DNA from: Eledone cirrhosa
Lineage: Eukaryota
Length of the DNA: 64,000 nucleotides
NCBI GenBank assembly: GCA_964016885.1
Contig: OZ024743.1
Location: 264,120,001 to 264,184,000, forward strand
Reading direction: 5' to 3'
The notes under the pieces are model-generated. The model was not told the origin of the DNA and did no database searches. It was given only the letters and a program-made list of their open reading frames with translations. Position numbers and translations under genes: made by a program. The number at the start of each line of letters is the position of its first letter. The first letter of the stretch is position 1. Shown here one piece after another: positions 40,301 through 53,431 of the stretch.

Positions 40301-43165
40301 GTAGTCGACTATTTTAAATTTTGGACAACTTATACTAGCCTTATCTAGTTCCCTGCAGAATACCCTATCTAGATACGATCTGGATGACCCGATACGGTTT
40401 GTCCATGTCCACATTGGCACATTCGGGTGATCCAGTCGATACCTGTCAGACAGTTCAAAACGTCTGAGCAGGTTGTTGAGGCTCTTGCACCCTCCTCCCC
40501 TATCCACTAGCCCCACACGATCCCAGCGTGCATCCAAGATACCGTTCCAGTCGCCCACTAACACTAAAGAGCAGGACGTTCCAAGAAAGGTCTCTAGACG
40601 TCTGAAGAAATCTGGCCGTCCTGCCCCTGTTGGGACGTAGACGGATACTAGCCTGAAAGCATTGCCTTCGCTGCCGGTCACGTCCAGCACCACCGACTTA
40701 CCTTCTGGGTCCAGGAAGATGGCCCGTATCGCGAGATCCAAGCCTCTCCGAAAAAGGACGGCAAACCCTCCCCCCGATCCTGGACGGCTGGGAGATGCGT
40801 ATACATCGTAGCCGCCGAAGTTCGGTGCGAAGGCCCGTGTTTTGGAGATTCTGGTTTCACTGATGGCCACCACATCTATATTTAGTGACCTGAGGTCATT
40901 GAGCAGGTGACCCTGCTTCCAAAATGACCCCAGGCCACGTGCATTTATACTGCCTATTCTGAGTACAGCCATGTTGGATGAGAAACGGGGCAAATGAGAA
41001 AGGTCACTTACCTTGTTCGTGTGGTGAAGGGACAGTAGAAACGTCCCTTTCGCTGGTCATGGGTGTTTCCAAGAGGATGTCAGTGTATATCCTCTTGGTA
41101 ACCGTCCCTCTGAAGTCTCCAACTGCGCTGGTGAATTTTTGTTTTAAAGGTTTTTATTGTTCTATTGAGATTTCGATGATGCTTATGTTTGTCGGGAGAG
41201 TTCTTGGTGTTGTTTTTTTCCGTGACGTCTGTGTGCTGCTTTATATATATTATGAGTTCTTTTTTTGCTATGTTTATGGCTGTGTACATTTTGGGGGGGA
41301 AGGGTGATTTTGTTGCCGTTTTCTTCTTGTTGCTGTTTGGTGTGTGTGTCTTGTGTTTGCGTTGTTGGTGTTTATGGTGGTGCTGCTGCAAGTACCCTTG
41401 CTGCCTTTACCCTTCTTTGTATGTCTTCGCTTCTGGGGGGTGAATCTAAGGGTTTTTTTGTTTTTTGTTTTCCCGCCTCAAACTCCATGTCGGATTCTGT
41501 GGCGTCTGGGAGGGGTATTTGCTCCACGGCTGTTGGTGGTGGTAGTGGAGCCCTCTTCGGCAATTTTGTTGCTGGTGTAGCTATTTCAAATGTAGCTATT
41601 GGTGTTGCCGCTACTGATGATGCTGCTTACTTATCCGTGGCCTTGGTACGGGTGCTACGGACGTTGCCCTCCTACACACCGTGAAAGGGGATTATTCGTT
41701 TGTTGCCTGTCCTGCTCTTGGTAGCAGCGGACCAGGTATTGGAAGGAGAGGGGCCCTCTTCGGTGTCTTCTGCGGGCAAAAGGCCCTGAGGTGACCTTTC
41801 GACCCACAGAGATAACATTTTGGCCGTCTTCCTTCTACACTTATAGGGAGTTGGAGTCCTTCCTCGAAGTCTATGATATCGGGGATAGCCTCGATACATT
41901 CCTTGTCAGTTTGTATAAGCATGTGCATGCCTATACCTGACCAGTTCTCTCTCCCTATTTTTTCTACATGCAGCATGGTCGCCCTGTTCTCAATTCCAGC
42001 AAGGACAGGCGCGGCCAGCCAAGGTATGTGCACTTCGGGTGGGACCTGGGTCATTTTGACCCTCACAATTTTCTGCCCGAAGTAGGAGGGCACCAAAACT
42101 AACTCCTCACTCTTTACGGTTTCCAAAGAGTGAGACTTTGCTTCCTGGGGTGTGGCGAAAATACGTCTACTGTGGCGTACTTTCTGCCTCGGGTGATGTG
42201 GGTTTTGCGTGCCCAGACGCACCCCAAGGCCTTTTGGATTTGAGCCTCCGTGGCTCTCTCCACTCGATGTGAGATTTTGCTTACGGTGCGGTAAGTCACC
42301 GTCCGTAGCTGCTGGTCCTTGAAAAAATAGGGTGGGGGTTTCAGGGAAACTCTATTTACGCTTCTTGTCACCATGGTCCTTGCGACTGCCATCTCCTCCT
42401 CTGTGACTAACACTGTCTCGATATTTCGGGCGACACCTGCAAAAGAAGTGGTCCCTTTTTCAGCAGCACCACTATTGCTGCCGCTACTGGTCTTACTGGT
42501 GATGCTGGGGTCGCTCTTACATGTATCGGTGTCATTGTTGTTGTTTTCGCTGGTACAGTTGTTGGTGTTGTTTTCGTTGATACTGTTGCTGCTGTAACTG
42601 TTATTGTGGCTGTTGTTATTATTGTTGCTTTTGTTGATACTGTTCCTACTATTATTGTTGTTGTGGCTGTTGTATTTGTCATTGTTATTGTCGTTCTCGA
42701 CCTTACTGCTGTTATTTTTGTTATTGTCGTTCTCGACTTTACCGCTGTTATTTTTGGTGTTGTTTTTGGTATTATTGTTGGTGTTGTTTGTGTTAGAAAT
42801 ATTTGGTAATTTTAAATCTGTAACAATCTTTTTTTACTTTGTAATATTTTCGTATATATTTACCTCCGCTGGAACGCTGTCTTGTTGACATGCTGATAAA
42901 GTCTCCCTCTCTCTGTGTTGTCTGACAGAGCTCTCTCTCTTTCTTGTATTATCCATGTTGAAATTTAAAAAAAAAATATTTTTACACAAATACGAATACG
43001 ACACCCCGTAAAGGGGTGCCGTATTATTTACTAGTGAACCCCTGTATTAGGTGGGTCACTTCTAAACTTTTATCAAATTTAAAACTTGAATAAAAGGTTT
43101 AGAACGGTTGAAAAAGAGGTAAAACGTTGAAAAAGACTGGAGGCGATAAGAAGCGTGGCTTCACC
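37305..43165 (-). mobile_element. Tx1/L1-clade LINE, copy C
   Basis: ORF2 ~40972-37589 (APE, RT, ZF); ORF1 ~42956-41003 with CYLCGSKGHLRAFC knuckle; ATT tail shared tail-to-tail with the Dong element. Confidence 0.92.
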
Positions 43166-43174
43166 ACCAACAAC

Positions 43175-43215
<41 letters not shown>

Positions 43216-43217
<2 letters not shown>

Positions 43218-43503
43218 CTTTCTTTATTAACCACAAGGGTTTATAGAAAGTAGACATTAAGGACAGTAATGGACAATACAGGACGGTGCAAATGGGCATT
43301 TCTGCGTGTAAAAAAAACAAAAAACAGAGGATGTAACAAAAAAAGATCAATGAAGAATTCCCCATAGGGAGGAGACTTCCGAGGGCAATCGTGGAGAAAA
43401 CCCATTAAAAAGAAGCCACGGTGAACCTGAGCACCAGGGCAAGTTCCCTCTACCAGTGTTCCACCTTCAATGTACAGGCATATACTCGGGCCATTCTTGC
43501 TTC
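43216..43503 (-). mobile_element. 3' fragment of the Tx1 copy A subfamily
   Basis: Reverse complement of ~12476-12765 (GCTTTCTTTATTAACCACAAGGGTTT...); ATT tail at 43176-43216. Confidence 0.85.
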
Positions 43504-43523
43504 TTATATATATATAAATATAT

Positions 43524-44232
43524 CACTCACTACACCCTCCCTTCACTCCCTGTTACCCTCACTCACAACACCACCCCTTCACTCTCTGTTACTCTCACTC
43601 ACAACACCACCCCTTCACTACTTGTTGCCCTCACTCACTACACATTCCCTTCACTTCATGTTACTCTCACTCACAACACCACCCCTTCACTACTTGTTGC
43701 CCTCACTCACTACACATTCCCTTCACCTCATGTTACTCTCACTCACAACACCACCCCTTCACTACTTGTTGCCCTCACTCACTACACATTCCCTTTACTT
43801 CATGTTACTCTCACTCACAACACCACCCCTTCACTACTTGTTGCCCTCACTCACTACACATTCCCTTCACCTCATGTTACTCTCACTCACAACACCACCC
43901 CTTCACTACTTGTTGCCCTCACTCACTACACATTCCCTTCACCTCATGTTACTCTCACTCACAACACCACCTCTTCACTACTTGTTGCCCTCACTCACTA
44001 CACATTCCCTTCACCTCATGTTACTCTCACTCACAACACCACCCCTTCACTACTTGTTGCCCTCACTCACTACACATTCCCTTCACCTCATGTTACTCTC
44101 ACTCACAACACCACCTCTTCACTACTTGTTGCCCTCACTCACTACACATTCCCTTCACCTCATGTTACTCTCACTCACAACACCACCCCTTCACTACTTG
44201 TTGCCCTCACTCACTACACATTCCCTTCACTC
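43524..44232. repeat. 72-bp minisatellite (~10 units) built from two alternating 36-bp monomers
   Basis: CACTCACTACACATTCCCTTCACCTCATGTTACTCT + CACTCACAACACCACCCCTTCACTACTTGTTGCCCT; 24-aa periodicity in the ORF track. Confidence 0.95.
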
Positions 44233-47004
44233 TCATTTCTCCCCCTCCTACCCTCTCAACATCCATCCCAAAGTAATTAAAAAAACAATACCAAACAATT
44301 TTATCTGACTATTTCACACGAATGAAACAGTTTGTATTCCACCAGCCGAGAGGTTGGGGCCATGGTGGTGCACCACCCCCATATATATATATATTGTTTT
44401 ACTTTGGTGGGTTGTGGAGGACAGCTACGTTACTCTAGTGTACACTGAGCGACCTTTTCGTCTCCAATACAAACCCATATATGCGCGAAAAGGTTTGATT
44501 ACCCATTAATCAATCACTAATTTCCTTTCGCGAATCTTTGACATTAGTATTATAATTAACCCCGTTTGTCACTGTACACTATCAACACTATAATATTTAT
44601 ATTTCTTCACAATTTATTTACTTAATTCATTTTTCTTAATTTCACGTAATTTCACGTAACACTAACACCTATTCTTTATTTCTTTTGTAATTTTTTGTAA
44701 TCTCTATCAATTTTATAATTTTTGTAAACTTTATAATTTTTATAACTGTTTATAACTTTTAATTTGTTTTATTTTTGATACAATTTATAGCGCTTAAACA
44801 CGTTACGTTTTCGCCGTCACGCTACGCTGGTTTTCCGCCAATGTCTACTGACACATAGTTTAACACCCTAGTCTTCTGTAGCAGCGGAGTTCTTCGTTGT
44901 GATTAATGATTGACATTTTCTGAGGACAACAGAATTCTGTCACCACCTACCAAACCCCAGCTACCATGCCACAATGCTAAAACATTGACGCCTGCGTGAC
45001 ATTCGGGGTTGATTTGCAGTTGCCATAACACTAAAATGGCTTACCATCACCAAACCAAATCTACCCTCTATTCTCTGTATGTGTTCACTGCAATCCTCTT
45101 ATCTTATATAGCCAATTGTGCAAGCAAAACCCGAGAATATCGCATAAGTTTTGCATCATGATCGGATGATAACATTGGGCCATTGCAATATGTTTAGTAT
45201 TTTCGCAGAATAAAAATTTTAAAGAACGTTTCCAGGCCGATCTTTAGTGGGTTTTAATGAATATTTAGTTCCATTCTTGCACCAGCCACGGGATACCACA
45301 TCTACGATGGATGATTTGTATAACGTTGAGTGCTTTAATTTGAGCACCATCGTTTACTAACTGGAATCACTAGTTCTATCCATTGGTAAAAAAACATAAC
45401 ATAAATGAAACACAGCTCCTGTTACAGTCGGGTGCTTTGTGATGTAATGAAGAATAGAGACCCTGACCCAATATAAGAGTAACTACCACCTCATTACCTG
45501 CTAAAACTGAGTCTCCCTCAAAACATGGACCCGATCGTACAGGACTCCTCACGGAACAGCGAGAAATTTGACGGACTCTCTAGATTGTAGGTTACGTGAT
45601 ATGGTTTAAAGTTTATTAGGTATTTATTTTGTGTAAGCCATTTTACACCTTACATTACATTTCATTCCATTTTATTTGCTTCTGATTCTATACCATATGA
45701 TTTATGTAAGTGGAGTACATCTTAATTTATAGTTTAATGTTTATTATAATTCATGTGTGATATGTATAATTCTGATATCACATATCTCAATATGGTCTCC
45801 ATACCAATAGCAAATGACTCAATCTCTTCAGCTATATATTGCATATTATATATCAATTATCAATCATTAATCGTTTCTCGCTATCTCTCTTACTTCCTTG
45901 CTAAATTAATATTTAATTAACCAGAGCCGTAATTTATTTACCCCTTAACCTTCGTTATAGTTCATTTATACTGCATCTACATCTACACCCTATTTTTATA
46001 TTTTTCATATTCAACTTATCGCATATATTTAAATTAACTACATTATATTACATTCCATATGTAATTTAATAAACGACTCCTTCTATTTAATAATAGTCAC
46101 CTCTACCATTTACTTTACCATACCATGGTGAAAATTGAGAATATATCATGTGTTATCTATCATCATCGTTGGTAGGGTTAGCATTATCTGGTGCGCGTTA
46201 ATCCATCGACTGACCACCTGTGACTCTCTGAGTAACACGCAAGTCACACAAATTTGGTTCCTAGCGAAACTGGTCAATTATAAAAATATAAAAAGAAACT
46301 ATTATTTTTGATGTTAGAAAACATTTTCCATTGTGTACTATACAAGTAACATATAAATGAAAACACATTATTTCCTTTTTTTTTCAAATCTGTATTATAT
46401 TTTTCAGTACATATGATTCCAATATAAAATATGATATTCTAGATGTCGTAACTTGAATACATAACACTTGTATTCGTAAACATAAACATAACTAAATATT
46501 TTGTTTCTTTAATATCACCAAAAGATCTCGGATCAAAAGTTATTCTTTCTCTGACTACCTCATCTCTTTTGTCTTTCAGACATTGCTTATAGAAAAGAAA
46601 AAGACATTACATAAGGTAATATTCCAGGAAGACAGGCGTGCTATTTCTAGCATGGTCTGTGATCAAATACAATTTCCCTTGTTCGCTTGCACACAACAAA
46701 TTGTTTTCATGTAGATAAAGGAAATTTGACGCGTTTCCTTCATCTGATAATATTAGTCTGTTACAATTTTGAAATTCAGAGATCAATGCTGCTTAATATA
46801 AGTAATTATTTGGAAGTATAATTCATATTTATCTTTACTTTAGATGATATAAATGTAGTTTAAAATATAATACTGCTAAATAGAGACGTCATAGAAGAGC
46901 CCTGATATTTAAGATATAAATATATATATATATATAGTTCAAAATGACAAACAAACAAACAATGTACCATTGACTCCTGCGTTTGTTTGTTTGTAATTTT
47001 GAAC

Positions 47005-47047
<43 letters not shown>

Positions 47048-47055
47048 GCATACGT

Positions 47056-47835
47056 ATAATCACTTATTTCCTAATGTTTGTTGAGTGAGTTGGAATTTGG
47101 CCGGAGTATCGGTCAAAAGCTTTCTCCGATATTGTATTTATTTATTTAATCTTGGTCCAACAGATTTGAATTTCCCGGTATAAGGTTAGACTTTCTTTGT
47201 TTATTTTTTTATATATGAATATTGATTGTTCCTTATATCTCATTCTGTTATTTTGCCCGAGAAAATATCTGTGTGTGTCATCAAATGTTGTTCACACATA
47301 GATTTTTTTCAATTTCCAATTGAGTTTTAGCACGTGGCCTGAATTCCTTTTAGAATTCATTGCCTTGCGCATGTATTGTTTTTTTGGCGGTAATTTACTT
47401 CCTCATTTTTGAATCAGTTTGAGCATTTCTTTCAGAACTGCTGGACTGGCAACCTGACAGATACCTCAGGCACTGATGAGGATTATCGCTAAATACTGAT
47501 GTTGGTTCAATATTAATATTATTGGGGCACCCACAGATGAATTATAGGAGCCCACTTGAATATATATCTATTGATGGTATACAAGCTCCTACATAAATTA
47601 GTATAATTTAACCCAAATTGTAGGAATCCTATAATGAAACGAGACGTCCGTCTGGGAAGAGATATATTCGATATGTCTCATATGAAATAATACAGCCAAT
47701 TTGCCACGCAATACTTTTAGTTAGCACCCCGAACGCATAATTAGGAATATAATCACTTATTTCCTAATGTTTGTTGAGTGAGTTGGAATTTGGACAGAGT
47801 ATCGCTAAAAAGCTTTCTCCGATATTGAATTTATT
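47056..47835 (+). mobile_element. PLE pLTR-like unit with an ~85-bp terminal direct repeat (period ~690)
   Basis: TATAATCACTTATTTCCTAATGTTTGTTGAGTGAGTTGGAATTTGG occurs at ~47057 and ~47748; (TA)n on both sides; internal hammerhead fold. Confidence 0.65.
47530..47656 (+). ncRNA. Hammerhead-like fold with variant core CAGAUGA
   Basis: Stem I CCCA/TGGG, CAGATGA, stem II ATTATAGGA/TCCTATAAT, GAAA, near-palindromic CGAGACGTCCG, GUC site. Confidence 0.68.
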
Positions 47836-47969
<134 letters not shown>

Positions 47970-48053
47970 GGAGGTGAGTTTTATTGTAGTACAATAAAGC
48001 AATGCAGATATCGGATAAGAAGCACTCTACAGTTTGTAGGACTGGAGTATACA

Positions 48054-48390
48054 TAATATAAGATCAAAAGATGGTTAAAGGAGTTCCATGTATTTTATTA
48101 TGCGCATTTCAAAAACAAACATCATCATGCAATAATATTTGTGTTTTCATCAGATAAAACAGGAGAACATGATATGAAGGCTAAAAAACACTTGTGGATA
48201 GTGCAGTTTTAAATCAACATATATGTTGATATGTTGATTTAAAACTGCACTATCCACAAGTGTTTTTTAGCCTTCATATCATGTTCTCCTGTTTTATCTG
48301 ATGAAAACACAAATATTATTGTATGATGATGTTTGTTTTTGAAATGCGCATAATAAAATACATGGAACTCCTTTAACCATCTTTTGATCT

Positions 48391-48398
<8 letters not shown>
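48054..48398. repeat. Near-perfect ~170-bp-arm palindrome carrying a hammerhead on each strand
   Basis: 48054-48221 is the reverse complement of 48230-48398 (one mismatch seen); abuts (TA)n. Confidence 0.9.
48292..48358 (+). ncRNA. Type I hammerhead ribozyme (mirror copy at 48093-48159, minus)
   Basis: Stem I TTTTAT/ATAAAA, CTGATGA, ~12-bp stem II, GAAA, palindromic TGCGCA, AUA site. Confidence 0.82.
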
Positions 48399-48432
<34 letters not shown>

Positions 48433-48691
48433 GAGATGTATAGAGATTGTTTTAGCAAGAAGCTAACGGCATTCTATAACATATATGCGACTATAACGTC
48501 AAGATGGGAAAAGTAGTTAACGAAAGATTTAGGAAAAATAACTCAAACTCATCTCAAAAGAGAATCAGGATACAAATTCATCCACAGAATTTAGTAAAAT
48601 CCATGGAAAAATCTATAGACCTTTAACTCATGATAAAACAAAGTTTGAAACACTTATCCTTCAATATATATGTTACTAGATATTAATTCTT

Positions 48692-48758
<67 letters not shown>

Positions 48759-48761
48759 TAT

Positions 48762-48847
<86 letters not shown>

Positions 48848-49191
48848 AAGAATTAATATCTAGTAACATATATATACATACAGATGCATATCAATGCTAG
48901 CAAATATATACGTTTTGTCTTAATAACAGTGTAGTTCAATGCATGGGGTTGCAGAACAATAATATAAGAGACGTAAAATAAGAAAATTATAAAATTAACT
49001 TACTTACTAAAATATCACTTCCAACTAATTAGTTTCTGGAATGGAGTAAATATATTTTCCGTAGACGTAGAGGCAGTGATTTTCTCAATGGCTAGGAATT
49101 CAGTCCACGCTTCGCTATTTCCTATCCACTGAATTATTTTTTAATAAGTTTCCAGTGTCCTCGCTTTGCCTGGAAAGTTACTTGAGAATAG

Positions 49192-49274
49192 ACTTTCCTG
49201 ACGACGGAATGCTTCTCCATATTATTCTTCGGAAAATATATTTACTCCATTCCAGAAACTAATTAGTTGGAAGT
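49192..49274 (+). ncRNA. Type I hammerhead ribozyme
   Basis: ACTTTC/GGAAGT, CTGACGA, GGAATG/CATTCC, GAAA, palindromic CTAATTAG, GUU site. Confidence 0.8.
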
Positions 49275-49714
49275 GATATTTTAGTAAGTAAGTTAATTTT
49301 ATAATTTTCTTATTTTACGTCTCTTATATTATTGTTCTGCAACCCCATGCATTGAACCACACTGTTATTAAGACAAAACCTATATATTTGCTAGCATTGA
49401 TATGCATCTGTATGTAAATATATGTTACTAGATATGAATTCTTTATTATTATCTCCAAATTATTTGTCGAGCAATATTGGCCATGACTGCTGCTACGGTT
49501 GTAGGCAGGCCGCTGTCTTATTAGCCAACCACTTTCCACTGATTGACCTCGATGTCACGTGTTCGATTCTTTTTGAATTTGCCACAGACGTAGAGGCAGT
49601 GATTTTCTCAATGGCTTGGAATTCAGTCCACGCTTCGCTATTTCCTATCCACTGAATTATTTTTTAATAAGTTTCCAGTGTCCTCGCTTTGCCTGGAAAC
49701 TTACATGAGAATAG

Positions 49715-49797
49715 ACTTTCCTGACGACGGAATGCTTCTCCATATTATTCTTCGGAAAATATATTTACTCCATTCCAGAAACTAATTAGTTGGAAGT
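49715..49797 (+). ncRNA. Type I hammerhead ribozyme (second copy)
   Basis: Same sequence as 49192-49274. Confidence 0.8.
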
Positions 49798-49836
49798 GAT
49801 AATTTAGTAAGTAAGTTATTTTCTTAATTTACGTCT

Positions 49837-49886
<50 letters not shown>

Positions 49887-50517
49887 CAATGAATCTTACT
49901 TTATTAACAAATACGGACCCCGTCTAAACACCTCTCCCTAAGACGAACCCACAGCATACACACGTCAACATACATACCTACATCAGCATACATCTCTACC
50001 CATATATAAACACAATGACATACGTAAACACACATGTTCTATGGTGCAACACAAATTTACACAAATTTGTATACCTTTTGATATCTATAGATATAAACGT
50101 GCCGACACACACGCATACATAAACGCACACATGCATTGCACACTGATGGGCACATACATATTTGTACACAAGCATTCCAATACGGCAAGGCCTAATGGAT
50201 TCCCCTCGCAGTACGTACAATCTGGACACACTCACACACACCTTGGTATTATGCCAATACTATATATCATTTCACACCTTTTTTTATTAAGGTTTTTGAT
50301 GTTCTATTGAGAGAATCGATTTTACTGAAAATATCGAATAATGTACACCATTTCACCAGTACCACAAAAATAATTACTGGTCCACACACACACACATTCT
50401 CACACACACACAAAACACACGTGTATGTGCACACACGCACATATATACACACACACATACACACGCGTACATTAACATACAAAGAGACATACACACGCGT
50501 ACATTAACATACAAAGA

Positions 50518-50590
<73 letters not shown>

Positions 50591-50697
50591 CTCCGTATAA
50601 GACAAGAGCTGAAAAATATCTTTTAACATGTTAAAATATCCCCCACACACTTACAGACACATTCCTACTGACCATCCCTCTACCACGAATTACTCTG

Positions 50698-50733
<36 letters not shown>

Positions 50734-51247
50734 TTTTCTTAATAGGAATTTGAACTGTCAACAGGCTGCGGTTCGCATACACATCCCTGCTGACCATTAT
50801 CACAACAACGAACCTCTTTACTACTACTACACACACACACACATATTTGTTTTGAAATACTTATTTTTCAGTGACTTCTCAATCAGCCGACACACACCTA
50901 CATTTGGCACAAAATCATTTTTTAACATTCGCATGACCTCTACCGACCAATCAAAATTGTTTTGACCACAATAATTTTTGCAACACGAATTGGCGCAAAA
51001 CTTATTTTAATACCGCTGGAGCCACTTTTTTAACAAAAACAGATCGAATTTCCAAAACTAATCAGATTAGAGCAAACATCACGGACGCTCTATCTCAAAA
51101 TTATTTTTGAAAAGCATTAGAAATGCGCAACCGGTAAAACTTAAAACCAAAACTGAATACTAACCAATACTATTACTAATTCTCACTTATTCCTAATTAA
51201 ACTATTTTTCACTGTGAACAATTTGTCAGCATTTTCTTTTCCGTTTA

Positions 51248-51303
<56 letters not shown>

Positions 51304-51308
<5 letters not shown>

Positions 51309-51347
51309 CTGCTAAATAGAGACGTCGTGAGAGACCGCTGATATTCA

Positions 51348-51403
<56 letters not shown>

Positions 51404-51519
51404 CACTATGTACCATCGACTCCTGCGTTTGTTTGTTCGTCATTTTGAACTATATATATATATATATATATATCATAAATATCAGGGCTCTCCCACGACG
51501 TCTCTATTTAGCAGTATTA
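51304..51519. mobile_element. Short TA-embedded element with ~40-bp terminal inverted repeats (MITE-like); related copy at 46868-47008
   Basis: TAATACTGCTAAATAGAGACGTCGTG... / ...CACGACGTCTCTATTTAGCAGTATTA. Confidence 0.6.
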
Positions 51520-52990
51520 TTATATATATTTATATATATATATATCAATTTCGTCACTTTGATATTCCAGTTATGCTTTCTTTGTTTCGTGTCGATCGGA
51601 AATGGTGTAAACTGGGGAGTGTTGAAAATAAAGAAGAAAGTATTCATGTTATGAATATGACATCCATTAACTTGCAAACGTTTGTCATTCTGTTAATTGT
51701 TTCAAAGAAATAACGCTTACGGTGATACATCACATTAACATAAGAATAAGAATGATAAATATCAACCGGTCTGGGAGATACTAAAGAGTGTTAAGTTTCG
51801 ATAAGCATGAAAGAGAGTGAATATGATAATCATGTATTTATGTAAATAGCTCAGGACAACGGACTGTTTGTTTCCTGTAATCAAATTGCAATGTATAGCA
51901 GAATGAAGTGGTTTCGAGTTCCTGTACTCTTTCTATAGTTATTGTTTCGAATTTTAAGCTAAATATATTAGATGTTTCCATGGGAATATATGAAGGAGTT
52001 TGGCTGCAAGGCTACAAAGAATTGACGCTTTACTTAGATAAATTCTTAATTTGAACTAATATATACGGTCCAATTTGACCATGCACATTTAAAGAGAATA
52101 ATTTAAATATTATAATTAGAAAATGAAAACCTTTCTAAAAATAGATGATTTATCTCTTAGAAACAATGTTTTAGTGGAATCTGTTTACAGAAAACAAAAC
52201 GTTCCCACAATTTGAACCGTACATAAAACTGAAATGGACAACAACTTGATATGTTAATGAAACTCTAAGTTCACTACCAAAGGATTGGTCAAATATAACT
52301 AACCAAGATGTACGCAATAACTAAATGGCTTTTAGCATTGCAACAAGTGAATATTTACACAGTCACCTGATCTGCTAGATATAGTTGGCAAGTTTCCTTA
52401 ATTCACATGTTAGTTTGTTAATGTTAGATATTGATTAGTTGACTTGATTTATGTAAATCGTATTTCACAAATCCATCTCGGATAATGCGTTTCTTCTGTA
52501 GAATTCATTTTGATGTGAAATAAATCATGTAATTTACCTAATTAGTACATTGCTTAATATATTAAATGGGAACGGAATATTTCGTGACAATATTTAAAAT
52601 CTGCATATGTGCATCAGCTAATGGTATTTCGTGATGTAAACTAGGTGGAAGACACGATCTGATGTTGACTGGGGTGGGGATGAGAATTAAGAGGGCGAGA
52701 AAAAAAGGTCCTCTTATGCTGTTGGAGGGCCTCAGCCATGTAGATCTCCGTGCGCCATACCATTATGGTGCCACCTTTGTAGGTATTTCTAACGACAATA
52801 TCACTACTACACCGTAGCATGCAGAGTGGGGAGAGCTCAGCTCAAGGGTGATTGGAGCGACAAGAACGCTTACGAAAATTGAAATGGTTCAAGCAGCGGC
52901 AGCAGGTGTCCCCAAAAGAGTAGAGAGCGTAAAACAGGCCATACGTAGATCCCCACTGGCAAGTTCGATGGCCTGTTCATGTGAAGCATC

Positions 52991-53107
<117 letters not shown>

Positions 53108-53389
53108 GTGTGTGTGTGTCTGATGGTAGCTAAGATGCTTCCATAGGCGGTATGCCGGTTGAGCACTCTATGCTCTTACAGAGCAGAGTATAATAGAATA
53201 GAAAACTAAAAATCAGTGATGCATCTCAGTGAGAGAATATGCTCCAAAATCATTAGACGTGTCCATTGAGCTTGCGGGTCCAGAATCAGACAGATCCATA
53301 CAATGATCGCGTCTGGAGCCGTCCGCCGACGAAACAATTCTAACACACAATAAATTGAGTTCAGATGCCTCACTGATTTTTCGTTTGCT

Positions 53390-53429
<40 letters not shown>

Positions 53430-53431
53430 TA

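Larger units (their letters stand above)
48843..49838 (+). mobile_element. pLTR/retrozyme-like unit: partial tandem dimer (period 523) plus an inverted 5' copy
   Basis: 49063-49325 repeats at 49586-49838; 48843-49061 is inverted relative to 49230-49450; (TA)n flanks. Confidence 0.75.

Noticed and set aside
43421-44308. 295-aa and 274-aa repetitive ORFs; possible CRISPR-like array
   Set aside because: Stop-free minisatellite with no unique spacers, in a eukaryotic context
44405-44475. Structured GC-richer patch with GACGAAA on the minus strand
   Set aside because: No catalytic core could be assembled
44280-46130. Possible decayed coding element
   Set aside because: No motif recognised with confidence
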